This document shows, piece after piece, positions 15,626-25,331 of a DNA stretch of 57,191 bases. Under the pieces are notes generated by a model, which saw only the letters and a program-made list of their open reading frames with translations, did not search any database and was not told the DNA's origin. The first letter of the stretch is position 1, and the number at the start of each line of letters is the position of its first letter. The position numbers were made by a program, and so were the translations under genes. The DNA is from a virus (lineage: Duplodnaviria; Caudoviricetes), in the IMG/VR virus record IMGVR_UViG_3300024262_000034, positions 1 through 57,191 of that record; one strand, 5' to 3'.

Positions 15626-16012
15626 TTATAACCTCGGAATAATTTCATAACGACATTTTTGAGCACCAAACCACTGTTTACTAAAATCCATAGCAACAAA
15701 AGTATCAAACTCTTTACAGGAAAAAATGTTGAGAAATACTTTTTTCAATCTATCCAGACAATGGATAGTAATGTTACTTGTTTTAATAAACTGGATTGCT
15801 GAAGTTCCAATTAAGTGATCTTCTTCATACCCGGCAACATCAGGATGTGTAAGGTCATCCCACCAATGAACTTCGACTCGTTCCATATCAATCAGATCAC
15901 ACAGTTTGACAAAATACTCTCCAATACATTCTCGGTTAAATGTCTTGGGGTCACAACCCTGTAAATCCAGTATTAATTCTTTACCATACGTTTCCATAGT
16001 TTTATCCCTCAT
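15626..16012 (-). CDS. speD: S-adenosylmethionine decarboxylase proenzyme (class 1B, phage type)
   Basis: GKELILDL, GTSAIQFIKTSNITIH (pyruvoyl cleavage site T-S) and NIFSCKEFD. Confidence 0.88.
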   Translation of the reverse strand: MRDKTMETYGKELILDLQGCDPKTFNRECIGEYFVKLCDLIDMERVEVHWWDDLTHPDVAGYEEDHLIGTSAIQFIKTSNITIHCLDRLKKVFLNIFSCKEFDTFVAMDFSKQWFGAQKCRYEIIPRL

Positions 16013-16271
16013 GTGTCATTTTACAAACTATATTAAAACACAAATCATTTAAAAACTCTTCCTCAGCAACTTCAGGCTGAACAACTTTAGGGCAATTCGG
16101 GCATTGGACTTCATCACAAATTTGCTTCCGCCATTGGGGGTGGTACACAAAAAAATCGTATTTAACTGTAAATTCTTTTAAGCAGTCATGGCACAAGAAT
16201 TTCCCCGTAATTTTATTGTTACGCTCATAGGGATCAGAAATTTGTTGTATATTTATCAGTTCATAACTCAA
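16002..16271 (-). CDS. Small zinc-ribbon protein
   Basis: CHDC...CPNC motif. Confidence 0.55.
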   Translation of the reverse strand: MSYELINIQQISDPYERNNKITGKFLCHDCLKEFTVKYDFFVYHPQWRKQICDEVQCPNCPKVVQPEVAEEEFLNDLCFNIVCKMTHEG

Positions 16272-18664
16272 AACGGAATCTCCTCATTTACCTGTGTCGG
16301 AGCATCAACAATATCTTCAACAATGTCCCAGTTGTGGGGGCCACCAAAGTGAGTGTCCCAATGCTCCCGGCAGGTTTTCAGGTCTGGAATCAAATAGTAA
16401 CGGGGTCGTTCCTGAATCTTCGGGGGGCCACCATCTAAGGGCATGACTTCAACCGCACCACCACCCTGTTTGTTTTTGGGGAATTCACCCGGCAATGCTT
16501 TTTGTAAAAACTGGCCAAGCCTTGTGGCTGTGCTGCGGCGATTGCTGGATGAGAATGTTCGCATGTAACCGGTGTAGCTCAAGAGCATGTGGTTCTTGAG
16601 AACCATTGTTCGCCATTCAGCATCCCCATCAAGCAGGCGACCATCCTGTAATTTATTGTACCACCACTCTTCCTCAGTAGTCATGCTGTATAGCTTCTGT
16701 TCTTGTAAGGCTTTTGTCTTAGGGATGTCTCGCACATTATACTCAGACAGATCATAGTGCATCAAGTGATGTAACAATGCTTCATAACCACCGGATTCCA
16801 GTTCCGCAATAATATCTTTAAAATAGGCAGAATCTTGCATCTTCGTATCGGCAACATCCAATACAAAAAATCGACGATCATCCAGACCGGCAGGCACTAC
16901 CCAGTTGTTGTTAGAGGCCATGATGACATGCAGGCAGGAGCGACAAACGATTACATCTATTCCCTTAGCTTCGATAGCCAACTTATCTTCCGTCACCAAT
17001 GTCTTTAAAATGGATTCATTCTTAACATCCCCCGCATAGAATGCCTCATCCGCAAACAGGAAGACACAGCTTCGCAGATGAGAATTGAAATTACCGATCA
17101 GGTGTTTGGGGTTGGTCACTTGTAGGAAGTGCCGACCAAATAACTTTCCAATTGAACTTGCAAATACACCCTTACCCGCCCCGGCTCGACCCCGCATTAC
17201 CACCGCCGTATGCCCTTGTTGTTCTGGAATTTGTACGGCGGTAGCCAACCAGCCCATTAAATAATTAAAACATTTTTCATCATTGTTACAGATATTGTGT
17301 TGTACATGTTGTAAGAATTTTTCGCAGTCACCCTTTTTCGGCTCATACTTGAATCCATACCACATATTATATATGCCCTTTTCTTCTAGGTCTTTGTTAG
17401 GTATGAATTCGATGTTGTTATACTGCCGCCTCGCCGGTTGATCGAGCCACCATGAACCTTTTTTCTTTTTAATGGTTTCTATTTCGCCATCCTTATTCTT
17501 GATCTTAATGTCCACAGTCTCATTATCATGCTGTTTTTTAAAATCGGCAAAGGCTTGAAAAACCAACTCCGGCCTATCCAATGAATAGTCATACTGCTCA
17601 TAAACCACCATGCACTTGCCAGAGATTGTGACCACGGCATACTTCTCATTCATTCTGACAAGTTCTGGATGGACAACCGCTTCCCTTGCCCGGAGAATTT
17701 GTCGCTTAGCACAACGATCTGGATTTTTTTGTGCCAGCACATGTGCAGAAATTCCCCAATCTGGATCGGTAATGATGCTATATATGGTATCATCAGGAAC
17801 TTTAGCCACAACCAAACCGCATACAGCAGCAAATAACGCCTCAGACTTGGAAGCATACCGGTCAGGGTCTTCGTGGTCCTGACCTGTGGCAATAATCCGC
17901 TTTATTCTCTTAGAAAGACATTCCGGCAATTCAAGATCAATATCTTCTATCCTCTTGATATTACCAGAGATATGAACCTTACGGCTGTCTGTAAATCCTG
18001 TGGACCCATCATCCACCTCAGCCGCCATGTTGAACGTTTTTATATCATAAATGACATCATTAAAGTAGATAACTTTCGCTAAAGCCTCTTTGCGTCCACG
18101 TTTACGTTTGTTCTCATCCGGGCGGTTGATCGTGCCGGGCAGACGCATTATCCTATCCACATTATGACACTTATCACCCCCCAACTCCTGCTCCAGATAT
18201 TTGTTATAACGCTTGGCCTGCTCATACTTATCTGCCTGACCGTTAATCTCAACGGGGTCTTCAAGCCTCCAGAATGCCTGATAGCCGCCGCCAGAGAAGA
18301 TTATGCAGGTTGGGGCCGGAATGTCCCCCGGTGGCTGTCTGAGCAAGGATAGGGCACGTTCCTGCTCTTTTAGCAGGTCTTCCCCGCCCCTTGGGTCAAC
18401 ATCGACATGCAACCAAGCCATTTCCTTGATGTCTTCTCGTTGGGCCTTGGATTTTATGGCATTGATTACCGGATTGACATGAAAGTAGATATTACGCTCT
18501 GCCCCATACTCTTCCAGCCATGCTGCGGCGGCCTCTGTGGTGTCGGGAAAGAAGGTATCGGCCCGGAACACCTTCTTATCTGGATGAATGGCTGATAACG
18601 CCCATGGTCCATCTGGAGCGAACTTGCCAAGAAACTCAATTGATGCTATATAGTTTGGTTCCAT
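16268..18664 (-). CDS. Primase-helicase (RepB'-type AEP primase plus DUF5906/D5-like SF3 helicase)
   Basis: HVDVD, SGGGYQAFW and RIMRLPGT, plus Walker A GRAGAGKG, FADE and DDRRF. The ORF could start as far as 18739. Confidence 0.9.
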   Translation of the reverse strand: MEPNYIASIEFLGKFAPDGPWALSAIHPDKKVFRADTFFPDTTEAAAAWLEEYGAERNIYFHVNPVINAIKSKAQREDIKEMAWLHVDVDPRGGEDLLKEQERALSLLRQPPGDIPAPTCIIFSGGGYQAFWRLEDPVEINGQADKYEQAKRYNKYLEQELGGDKCHNVDRIMRLPGTINRPDENKRKRGRKEALAKVIYFNDVIYDIKTFNMAAEVDDGSTGFTDSRKVHISGNIKRIEDIDLELPECLSKRIKRIIATGQDHEDPDRYASKSEALFAAVCGLVVAKVPDDTIYSIITDPDWGISAHVLAQKNPDRCAKRQILRAREAVVHPELVRMNEKYAVVTISGKCMVVYEQYDYSLDRPELVFQAFADFKKQHDNETVDIKIKNKDGEIETIKKKKGSWWLDQPARRQYNNIEFIPNKDLEEKGIYNMWYGFKYEPKKGDCEKFLQHVQHNICNNDEKCFNYLMGWLATAVQIPEQQGHTAVVMRGRAGAGKGVFASSIGKLFGRHFLQVTNPKHLIGNFNSHLRSCVFLFADEAFYAGDVKNESILKTLVTEDKLAIEAKGIDVIVCRSCLHVIMASNNNWVVPAGLDDRRFFVLDVADTKMQDSAYFKDIIAELESGGYEALLHHLMHYDLSEYNVRDIPKTKALQEQKLYSMTTEEEWWYNKLQDGRLLDGDAEWRTMVLKNHMLLSYTGYMRTFSSSNRRSTATRLGQFLQKALPGEFPKNKQGGGAVEVMPLDGGPPKIQERPRYYLIPDLKTCREHWDTHFGGPHNWDIVEDIVDAPTQVNEEIPF

Positions 18665-19088
18665 ATCTTCCAGCTTTAAGTATATCATGTAGTTCCGTCT
18701 TGTCAAGCCCTTTTTCCCAGTATTTATGGCAGTTGTCAAGCAGTGCTTGACGGCTCACCCGACCAACCTTGAGTGCCTGTTCACCCGTAAACAGTAGCCA
18801 TTCATCCGTAGCCTCAACACGCAGCAGCAGCCAGCAGGAGCCACCACGGAGCCAACGGCGGTATAGGAACACCCTCTGGTGCGGCTTATAGTGCGGAATC
18901 CGCACCGGCGTTGCCGCCCGTTTGGGCCATTCAGGTAGTCGTTTCAGTTCGATCTCCCCACCAATATAGTTGGTGTCCGGGTATCCAATCTGCCCACCCC
19001 GATAGACATCGTTCTCGATGGCAACAGGGTCCAACTTTCGGATTGCCTTGTGTACGTCCTGCCGCATTTTTGATTCTGGTTTTGGCAT
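18636..19088 (-). CDS. PD-(D/E)xK nuclease, putative Holliday junction resolvase
   Basis: ESxM, GYPD, IELK and Q...RGG motifs. Located beside the primase as in YuA-like phages. Confidence 0.75.
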   Translation of the reverse strand: MPKPESKMRQDVHKAIRKLDPVAIENDVYRGGQIGYPDTNYIGGEIELKRLPEWPKRAATPVRIPHYKPHQRVFLYRRWLRGGSCWLLLRVEATDEWLLFTGEQALKVGRVSRQALLDNCHKYWEKGLDKTELHDILKAGRYGTKLYSIN

Positions 19089-19318
19089 CAGTAATCCTCA
19101 ACATGGATTCCTAATATGACATCCATTCTGAATGAGCCAACGGCCTCACCCCGATCCGCCCGATCAAAAAAGCCGTGGACCTTCAAAAATTTACTGGCAT
19201 TTCCAGTAACATCCCCTTGAAATTCTTCCCACTCAATAACTTTACTTAGGAAATAGTCTCTATCCTTTCCAATAAATGTAAATATTGAATCATTAACATT
19301 GACAACTAATTTATACAT
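19088..19318 (-). CDS. Hypothetical protein
   Basis: AAGGA RBS before MYKLVV. Confidence 0.55.
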   Translation of the reverse strand: MYKLVVNVNDSIFTFIGKDRDYFLSKVIEWEEFQGDVTGNASKFLKVHGFFDRADRGEAVGSFRMDVILGIHVEDY

Positions 19319-19326
19319 GTTGGTCC

Positions 19327-19977
19327 TTAAAATGGTGTGTTCCAAATGTCGTAAAGTGTTACCTGAACTCCGCACTCATCAAACAGCTTTTGTGATTGGT
19401 TCAAATCGCTCGCCCAACGCTCCTGATCGGACCCCGGCTGGATGATTGGTGCTACCACCCGCCCTATTCCAAAACCAATCATGTGGGTGGCACACCTAGA
19501 GCAGGGCATAAACGGCCAAGTATAGAGGGTAGAATTTCTTAAAACTGGCACTTCACGACAGTTTTGTGCTGCATTCATTTCAGCGTGGATGACTCGTTTA
19601 TACTTCTCTTCCCGGTTATTCCACCATTCCGGCTTGTCTTCCATTTTGGCTGGAAAGTCGTTGTGACCTTCACCAACTATTCGGTGGTCCTCTGCCACAA
19701 AAAGAGCACCAGTTTTTGTACTGGGGTCTTTTGACCAGCGAGCGATTTCTTCCGCAAGTCGAAGAAATCGGTGATCCCAAAGAGAAACTTGGCAGTTTTC
19801 TGTGTACTCTAAATCCAGTGCTTTAAATGCTGTTTCAACCGCACCACCGTAAAAATCATACAGATATGCCACTTTATCCGGTGTAACCATAGCTAACATA
19901 TCTTTTTCACCATAGCCCACATGTTTTTTGATGTAGGACCGCAAATCGTTCTCGAACTTAAGAGCACCCATCGCCAT
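19327..19977 (-). CDS. dCMP deaminase with N-terminal extension
   Basis: WDxRF, SKDPSTKxGA, and HAE / PCxxC zinc motifs. Confidence 0.9.
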   Translation of the reverse strand: MAMGALKFENDLRSYIKKHVGYGEKDMLAMVTPDKVAYLYDFYGGAVETAFKALDLEYTENCQVSLWDHRFLRLAEEIARWSKDPSTKTGALFVAEDHRIVGEGHNDFPAKMEDKPEWWNNREEKYKRVIHAEMNAAQNCREVPVLRNSTLYTWPFMPCSRCATHMIGFGIGRVVAPIIQPGSDQERWASDLNQSQKLFDECGVQVTLYDIWNTPF

Positions 19978-20103
19978 CTTTTTGTTTCCTCTTTAATTCT
20001 TCAAGTTCTTGTTGCAATGCTTGATCATAATCTCGCAATACATGTGCTCGCAGGATCATAACACCAGCCGTTAAAACGCTCAATATGGTTATTACACTAA
20101 ACA

Positions 20104-20697
20104 TTATAAATTACTCACGACTCGATACAACTCATTCGGATGGGGTGGTATATCATTGGGGTGTAAAAAATCCTTCAATATACCAAAATGCACATCAAAC
20201 CGTTCTGTGGTTTCACTGCAATAGTCGGCATTCTTACTTGGCCTAATAATATGCAGCCGTTGTGAAATAAATCCCAATACCCCCACCACATCGTACTTCC
20301 GGCCAGACTGAGTTTCACACCATTGAATAGCAGTGTGCTGTTTTTCCACAGACATGTGGAACTTAACTTCAGTCCACTTTTGAGGCTCAACATCAATCAG
20401 CTTGAGTCTTACACCTTTGTCCAACAAAGAGGATGACCAGCACAGCCGCAGGTGGCCTCCCATGATAGCAGCATACAAACTCCCGTAGTGCTCGAACTGT
20501 CCCTTAGATCGCAATAACAGTTTTTCGTACACATTAGATGGCTCAGGAGTAGCCAAGAGTCTTTGGACATATTGCCATGAAGCCATTTTGCTAAACATAA
20601 CTTCTGAATGAGAGTAGGGACCACCGGTAAACCAAGCAATAAACTTACTACCCCATGTTCCGTACTTCCAACCCTTATAAAAAATATTTGATACCAT
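20104..20697 (-). CDS. Permuted papain-like (NlpC/P60 YaeF/YiiX-type) protein
   Basis: GPYSHSE precedes GRKYD...YCSE, so His comes before Cys. Confidence 0.72.
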   Translation of the reverse strand: MVSNIFYKGWKYGTWGSKFIAWFTGGPYSHSEVMFSKMASWQYVQRLLATPEPSNVYEKLLLRSKGQFEHYGSLYAAIMGGHLRLCWSSSLLDKGVRLKLIDVEPQKWTEVKFHMSVEKQHTAIQWCETQSGRKYDVVGVLGFISQRLHIIRPSKNADYCSETTERFDVHFGILKDFLHPNDIPPHPNELYRVVSNL

Positions 20698-22691
20698 TAC
20701 ACAACCTTTCTTTCTAATTGTTTAATATCAGCCCAGTTCTTACCAACCTCTACATCAACCGCAGTAGGAACTAACATTTTAACAGCATCCACCATTAAAT
20801 CATGTAGATGCCAAATCTCTTCTTCACTGTCAGAACTAAAATCAATCTCGTCGTGCACTTGAAGCTGAATGGGTATTCCTGCTTCATCCGCAGTCACGAT
20901 AGCCATCTTTGCTTGATCGGCTGCTGATCCCTGTATCACCCGATTCAGTGCTTTGCTGGTCCAATCATAAATAAACTTCTCATGCTCATCACCATTAGGC
21001 ATGTGAATGAGTTGGCGTTCTTTAATTGGAAAGTGACAGTGCCTACCCAGTGCGGTCATTACATATCCCCGGTCTTCCGCAGTGGCTTGAGCAAACTTAG
21101 CAAGCTGTTTGGCAAAGGGAGCCATCTGATCAAACTTACGAAGTTGTGCGTCACCCTCTGGTCCCGCTACCTCAAGCATTTTACCATAACATTCTTTCAT
21201 CATGGTGGGCAAACCAACCCCATGGCAATACCTTGCACCCCCCATATTATACAACTTACCAAGGAATATTTGTTTTGCACAATCTCGTACCAAGCCTGTA
21301 ACATCAGCCATTTGCTGGTGGAAATCCAGCCGGGGATTAGCCTGATACGCATCCAATAGTTTGATTGCGGATGGACAGCTTCCCTTATTTGTGGCAACCA
21401 GATACCGGTGCATCCTCACCGCCCGATCTACCGCCCATCGGGGTTCCTGTCCAGAGTAATCAGCACACACCCACATCTTGCCCTCGTCCGGCAAGTAAAT
21501 CCTACGCCACGTCTTGGCCAGTGCCCCCCGCTTCGGCTGCTGCTGAATGTTGGGATTACTGCTTGACAGGCGACCATAGGCTGCACCCTTAGTGCCTTCA
21601 GGATCATTGGGGTCTTCACCCTTCATTTGATTAAAGGTGGAGTGAATCCTATCACCAATAGCGTGCTTGCGAATGGATTCAATAAACATGGTGCGGTAGT
21701 TATTGGCTTTTTTACAGGCTGTTACCAGTTGAACAATCGGGTTGTCTTTGTGTTTGTCAGTGAACTCAACATTCGTACATATCTTATTTGTTGCTGTCCG
21801 TTCAATCGGAAGTCCTATCTTTTCAAATAGTCTTCCTATTGATGCTGCTACAGAAATCTCTCCAAAGTCAAAACTGAATCCCGTTTGATCTTTTATTTCC
21901 TGATAGCATCTTTTTTCTTCTTTAATAAAACCAGCCTCGTGTGCATTCAACTGTTCAAAATCAATTCGCACCCCACGGATTGTCATTCTCAGGAGTGCAA
22001 TTAAGAGTTTGGATTCCATCCTGTATATATCCCACAGGCCACGGTTCTCAAGCATTCGTTCCTGCTTACGCAGCAACTTCAGAGGAAGCTGTGCATCATA
22101 CTCAGCATAGGGACCAACATACCGGGCCGGGAGCTTCCAGAGGTTGCCCTTCCAGCCGGTCTTCGGCTTCTTTTTGGTCATCAGGTCGTACATCTTGGCC
22201 GCTTCCAACAGCAGGATTTCATCCTTTGGCTCTAAACCATGACGCTTGGCAATTGCGTTTAAATTAAACGTCAGAGGAAGTTCATCTATAAGTGGTTCAG
22301 CAATCTGCACGTCACCATAATAGCTAACATTGTCAAAATTAATGCCATGTTTAACCCTCATATACCCCAAGTCGTACTTTAAGTTTGCACCAACGAGAAC
22401 ACCCTTGAAGTTTCTGGATTGGTCTGCCAGATATTGAAACACCTTGTCTTTGGGTAGATTATCACCACCAAGATGCCCAACGGGAAGATAGTACGGTCTG
22501 TCGTCCTCAATGCAGAACGATACCCCCACAACCTCGCCATCTGCAATGAATCCGGGGCCAAGGTCTTGCCCGATACGATCATCATGGGTTTCCGTATCGA
22601 AACCAACCCGCTTGGCGTTTGTCCAATCGGGTAGTTTGTTCAGATCAGGAAGTTGCCAGTCTGATTCGGGTTTAAATAGGGGTTCTTGCAC
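20697..22691 (-). CDS. polA: DNA polymerase family A with 3'-5' exonuclease domain
   Basis: DTET, NLKYD and YAEYD exonuclease motifs. GRLSSSNPNIQQ, DYSGQE, AKxIxLGxLY and VHDE polymerase motifs. Confidence 0.96.
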   Translation of the reverse strand: MQEPLFKPESDWQLPDLNKLPDWTNAKRVGFDTETHDDRIGQDLGPGFIADGEVVGVSFCIEDDRPYYLPVGHLGGDNLPKDKVFQYLADQSRNFKGVLVGANLKYDLGYMRVKHGINFDNVSYYGDVQIAEPLIDELPLTFNLNAIAKRHGLEPKDEILLLEAAKMYDLMTKKKPKTGWKGNLWKLPARYVGPYAEYDAQLPLKLLRKQERMLENRGLWDIYRMESKLLIALLRMTIRGVRIDFEQLNAHEAGFIKEEKRCYQEIKDQTGFSFDFGEISVAASIGRLFEKIGLPIERTATNKICTNVEFTDKHKDNPIVQLVTACKKANNYRTMFIESIRKHAIGDRIHSTFNQMKGEDPNDPEGTKGAAYGRLSSSNPNIQQQPKRGALAKTWRRIYLPDEGKMWVCADYSGQEPRWAVDRAVRMHRYLVATNKGSCPSAIKLLDAYQANPRLDFHQQMADVTGLVRDCAKQIFLGKLYNMGGARYCHGVGLPTMMKECYGKMLEVAGPEGDAQLRKFDQMAPFAKQLAKFAQATAEDRGYVMTALGRHCHFPIKERQLIHMPNGDEHEKFIYDWTSKALNRVIQGSAADQAKMAIVTADEAGIPIQLQVHDEIDFSSDSEEEIWHLHDLMVDAVKMLVPTAVDVEVGKNWADIKQLERKVV

Positions 22692-22993
22692 TATTTATTT
22701 TCCCAGTATTCAATGGGTATGACGGCAGAAGTTTCACCTGCGATATAAAAGTGTAAGTTCAATTTACTGCGACTAGGCCAAGTGCCTGACTGTTTTACCC
22801 GGTCGAACATAATTTCGCAACCACCGGGCATCCGTATTGTGCTGTGGTTGTGATACCAAACAATTTCATACCGTACATCATTAATTATAAACTCACGCTC
22901 ACGACAAAATACACCGGGGGCACATCCAGTCTGTGTCCGTTGTACCTTGATATTTGGATGATCTAAAGCTCTATCCAGTTCTTCGATAGTCAT
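22691..22993 (-). CDS. Hypothetical protein
   Basis: ORF with stop-start coupling on both sides. Confidence 0.6.
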   Translation of the reverse strand: MTIEELDRALDHPNIKVQRTQTGCAPGVFCREREFIINDVRYEIVWYHNHSTIRMPGGCEIMFDRVKQSGTWPSRSKLNLHFYIAGETSAVIPIEYWENK

Positions 22994-23574
22994 CAGTCGA
23001 TAGCTCCATCAACCACACCAAGCCCTAATCGTGAATAGTTAGCACTGAGCACTTCATGTAGAAAATCTACGATCTGGATTGGAAGATCATCATTACGCTC
23101 ACCGAACCAGACCATTAGATTTTCAATGATGTGATTAAGCCGTTTACTTCCAAGCTCTCTCTCATCCATGCAAAAAAGCAGTAGCTCTAACTTATCACAG
23201 CACTTTAAAAAGAAATATTTCTCTTCTGACAGGTTGATGTCAACATTAAGTTGGTTCAACACATCCTGACTCACCGAAGACTCAACATCCTTTATAATAG
23301 GCTGCATAGCTTTAAAGCTGCCCGGAATATCACCAGTCCATTTTTCTGCAACATCATGGTATAAAGCGGCTTGGATCATTGTCAACCGGTCTGAGTCATC
23401 AGAGTCTGAAGTCATGCCAAACTCATCCTTAATTACGGGGTACAACTGATCGACCAACATGGCAACACCATACGAATGCTGCCCATTGGTGTAATGTTCT
23501 TGCAGGAGAGGATGGGTGTGCAAGCGTTTAACTTCCGATGCCCGACGAATAGCAATGATCTTGGATATGTTCAT
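22993..23574 (-). CDS. HD-domain 5'-deoxynucleotidase-like protein (YfbR family)
   Basis: VKRxH, HSYGVA, LYHDVAExxTGDIP and DKLE motifs. Confidence 0.85.
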   Translation of the reverse strand: MNISKIIAIRRASEVKRLHTHPLLQEHYTNGQHSYGVAMLVDQLYPVIKDEFGMTSDSDDSDRLTMIQAALYHDVAEKWTGDIPGSFKAMQPIIKDVESSVSQDVLNQLNVDINLSEEKYFFLKCCDKLELLLFCMDERELGSKRLNHIIENLMVWFGERNDDLPIQIVDFLHEVLSANYSRLGLGVVDGAID

Positions 23575-24551
23575 TAAAATAACTCCGGCTTTAGTTCTTT
23601 AACCTTGCGATTGCATTCACGCTGTAACACTTTAAAATTGATCGTTGGGTTCTTATATTTTTTGGTAGCATCCCACAGGCACTCGATTATGAGGTCGTGG
23701 TAAACCGTAGAGAGTAATTGAGGAATATCTTTGGACGACCAAGCTGGTTGAGAGGGGTGTCCCTCAAAGTCCATTTGATTGGTGAATGCAATATTAGCAA
23801 CCGCCTTGTCAACAATATCTAACATCAAATACTTATCAACAATCTTCTGCTCCACACCATCAGCATACTCAGTCTTAGCGTGTCCCATTTCCCGGACATG
23901 CTTTTCTTTGAATTCTGATGTAACAATCTTTGCCCACGTCTGGCGGCCATACTTATTAACAAAATCGTAATTTTTGATAACAAGCCCCTCACCAACACCT
24001 TTTCCATCTTCGATCAGGAAAGTGTTCTTGTCAAGCCAGTCGTAAAGTTTATCCTGTTGAGCATTCTTGATGGACACAATGGGGGATATGTAATCAATTG
24101 CATGTTGTTTTAATTCAAACTCGTAATCATCAAACGGAATATACCGCAATCCATTTTCAGTCTCAATGCCAATGTCAAAAACATAAAACTTACGCCAAGC
24201 ATCCGGGCGATAAGTCTTCAACGTGTGGGGAACCAACCACTCACCAAACACATGAAGCTGATCTGAAGATTGAATAGTTCCTTTGCCAAGCTGCTGCATA
24301 CACAATGCAAGGATTGTTCCTTTGAGATTATTATTGGTATCAGCCCATGCGGAAAATCCGTGGTTGTCGTTATCACCGGGAACCAGTCGGCGGCGGCGGG
24401 AGCCATAAAAGAACTCTTCACCATTAAACCAAATTTGTGCATTGGTCCCATCAATCTTGGGGAAGACATGAACTGTGCCTTCCAAAATTCCTTCGACCTC
24501 ATCGGAATCCAAACGCTCAATGTGTTGATACTGAATGTACGGTTTAGTCAT
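23574..24551 (-). CDS. ATP-dependent RNA ligase (Rnl2-like)
   Basis: KIDGTN (motif I), FGEW, FYVFDI, GEGLVIK and AKIV. Confidence 0.82.
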   Translation of the reverse strand: MTKPYIQYQHIERLDSDEVEGILEGTVHVFPKIDGTNAQIWFNGEEFFYGSRRRRLVPGDNDNHGFSAWADTNNNLKGTILALCMQQLGKGTIQSSDQLHVFGEWLVPHTLKTYRPDAWRKFYVFDIGIETENGLRYIPFDDYEFELKQHAIDYISPIVSIKNAQQDKLYDWLDKNTFLIEDGKGVGEGLVIKNYDFVNKYGRQTWAKIVTSEFKEKHVREMGHAKTEYADGVEQKIVDKYLMLDIVDKAVANIAFTNQMDFEGHPSQPAWSSKDIPQLLSTVYHDLIIECLWDATKKYKNPTINFKVLQRECNRKVKELKPELF

Positions 24552-24553
24552 AA

Positions 24554-24721
24554 TTAATTCCTCTTCTTCCAAGTATGTACAACAGCATTTAACGAATCCA
24601 TAGTAACTATTTTAATTGTGTTGCACACATAAAGCCATAATGACAAAAGGTACAAAGGAACGATTAATAGGATAAGTGCTGCTCGACGCAACCAAGTGTT
24701 TTTTATCTCATCCACACTCAT
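24554..24721 (-). CDS. Small membrane protein
   Basis: Single hydrophobic helix and GGAG RBS. Confidence 0.5.
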   Translation of the reverse strand: MSVDEIKNTWLRRAALILLIVPLYLLSLWLYVCNTIKIVTMDSLNAVVHTWKKRN

Positions 24722-25331
24722 CGTATCTTGCTCCGTAAGCCACCGTAACATCTGCCATGTGAATTAAACGGGTGAAGCAGCTTCGCTCCCACCCGTAACA
24801 ATCATTAACAATTCCTTTGGAATCTGTGTGCTGTTTGGTCCATCGACCCATGTGGTAACGAATACCATCGGCAATTTCCAACTGCCGCCAATCCAGATCA
24901 CCCTTGAAAAGATCAAAGATAGCGGCAGCAAGTTGGTGTCCGTGCGTACCAGTAATATCCTCTTCGGCTGGTCGAGGATACATCTTTTTTTGAGTTCCAT
25001 CAATATTGGCAATTTCAGTAATTTCCCTATCATACTGCCTACCAAACTTAATTAGATCATGCAACATACAGGCTGCACTAATCTCATCCGCAGCATCTTC
25101 CAGACGAAACACCGGAGCCAACTTCAGACCAGCATTACAAACTAAAAGGGTGTGGTCGATAATAGACAACCCTTTGTGGTGCGTACCGGGTATAGAAGCA
25201 GGAGCATGGAAAAAATAATCCGGGCACAGGTTCTCGACGATCTTCAGGATGAACGTTTGATGCCGGTTAGCCTTTAAGCCTGCCTCATAATTGAAGAGAT
25301 CAATAAACTGTTTTACTTTGAGATTAGCCAT
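24708..25331 (-). CDS. HD-domain phosphohydrolase (YhaM/Cbf1-like HD domain)
   Basis: APAS...HH...HT, LHDLIK, HMG and HMAD motifs. Confidence 0.8.
   Translation of the reverse strand: MANLKVKQFIDLFNYEAGLKANRHQTFILKIVENLCPDYFFHAPASIPGTHHKGLSIIDHTLLVCNAGLKLAPVFRLEDAADEISAACMLHDLIKFGRQYDREITEIANIDGTQKKMYPRPAEEDITGTHGHQLAAAIFDLFKGDLDWRQLEIADGIRYHMGRWTKQHTDSKGIVNDCYGWERSCFTRLIHMADVTVAYGARYDECG

Noticed and set aside
22993-23574. DatZ and a 2-aminoadenine (Z) genome
   Set aside because: The HD fold fits, but no PurZ or MazZ was recognised in the window, so a generic YfbR-like call is safer.
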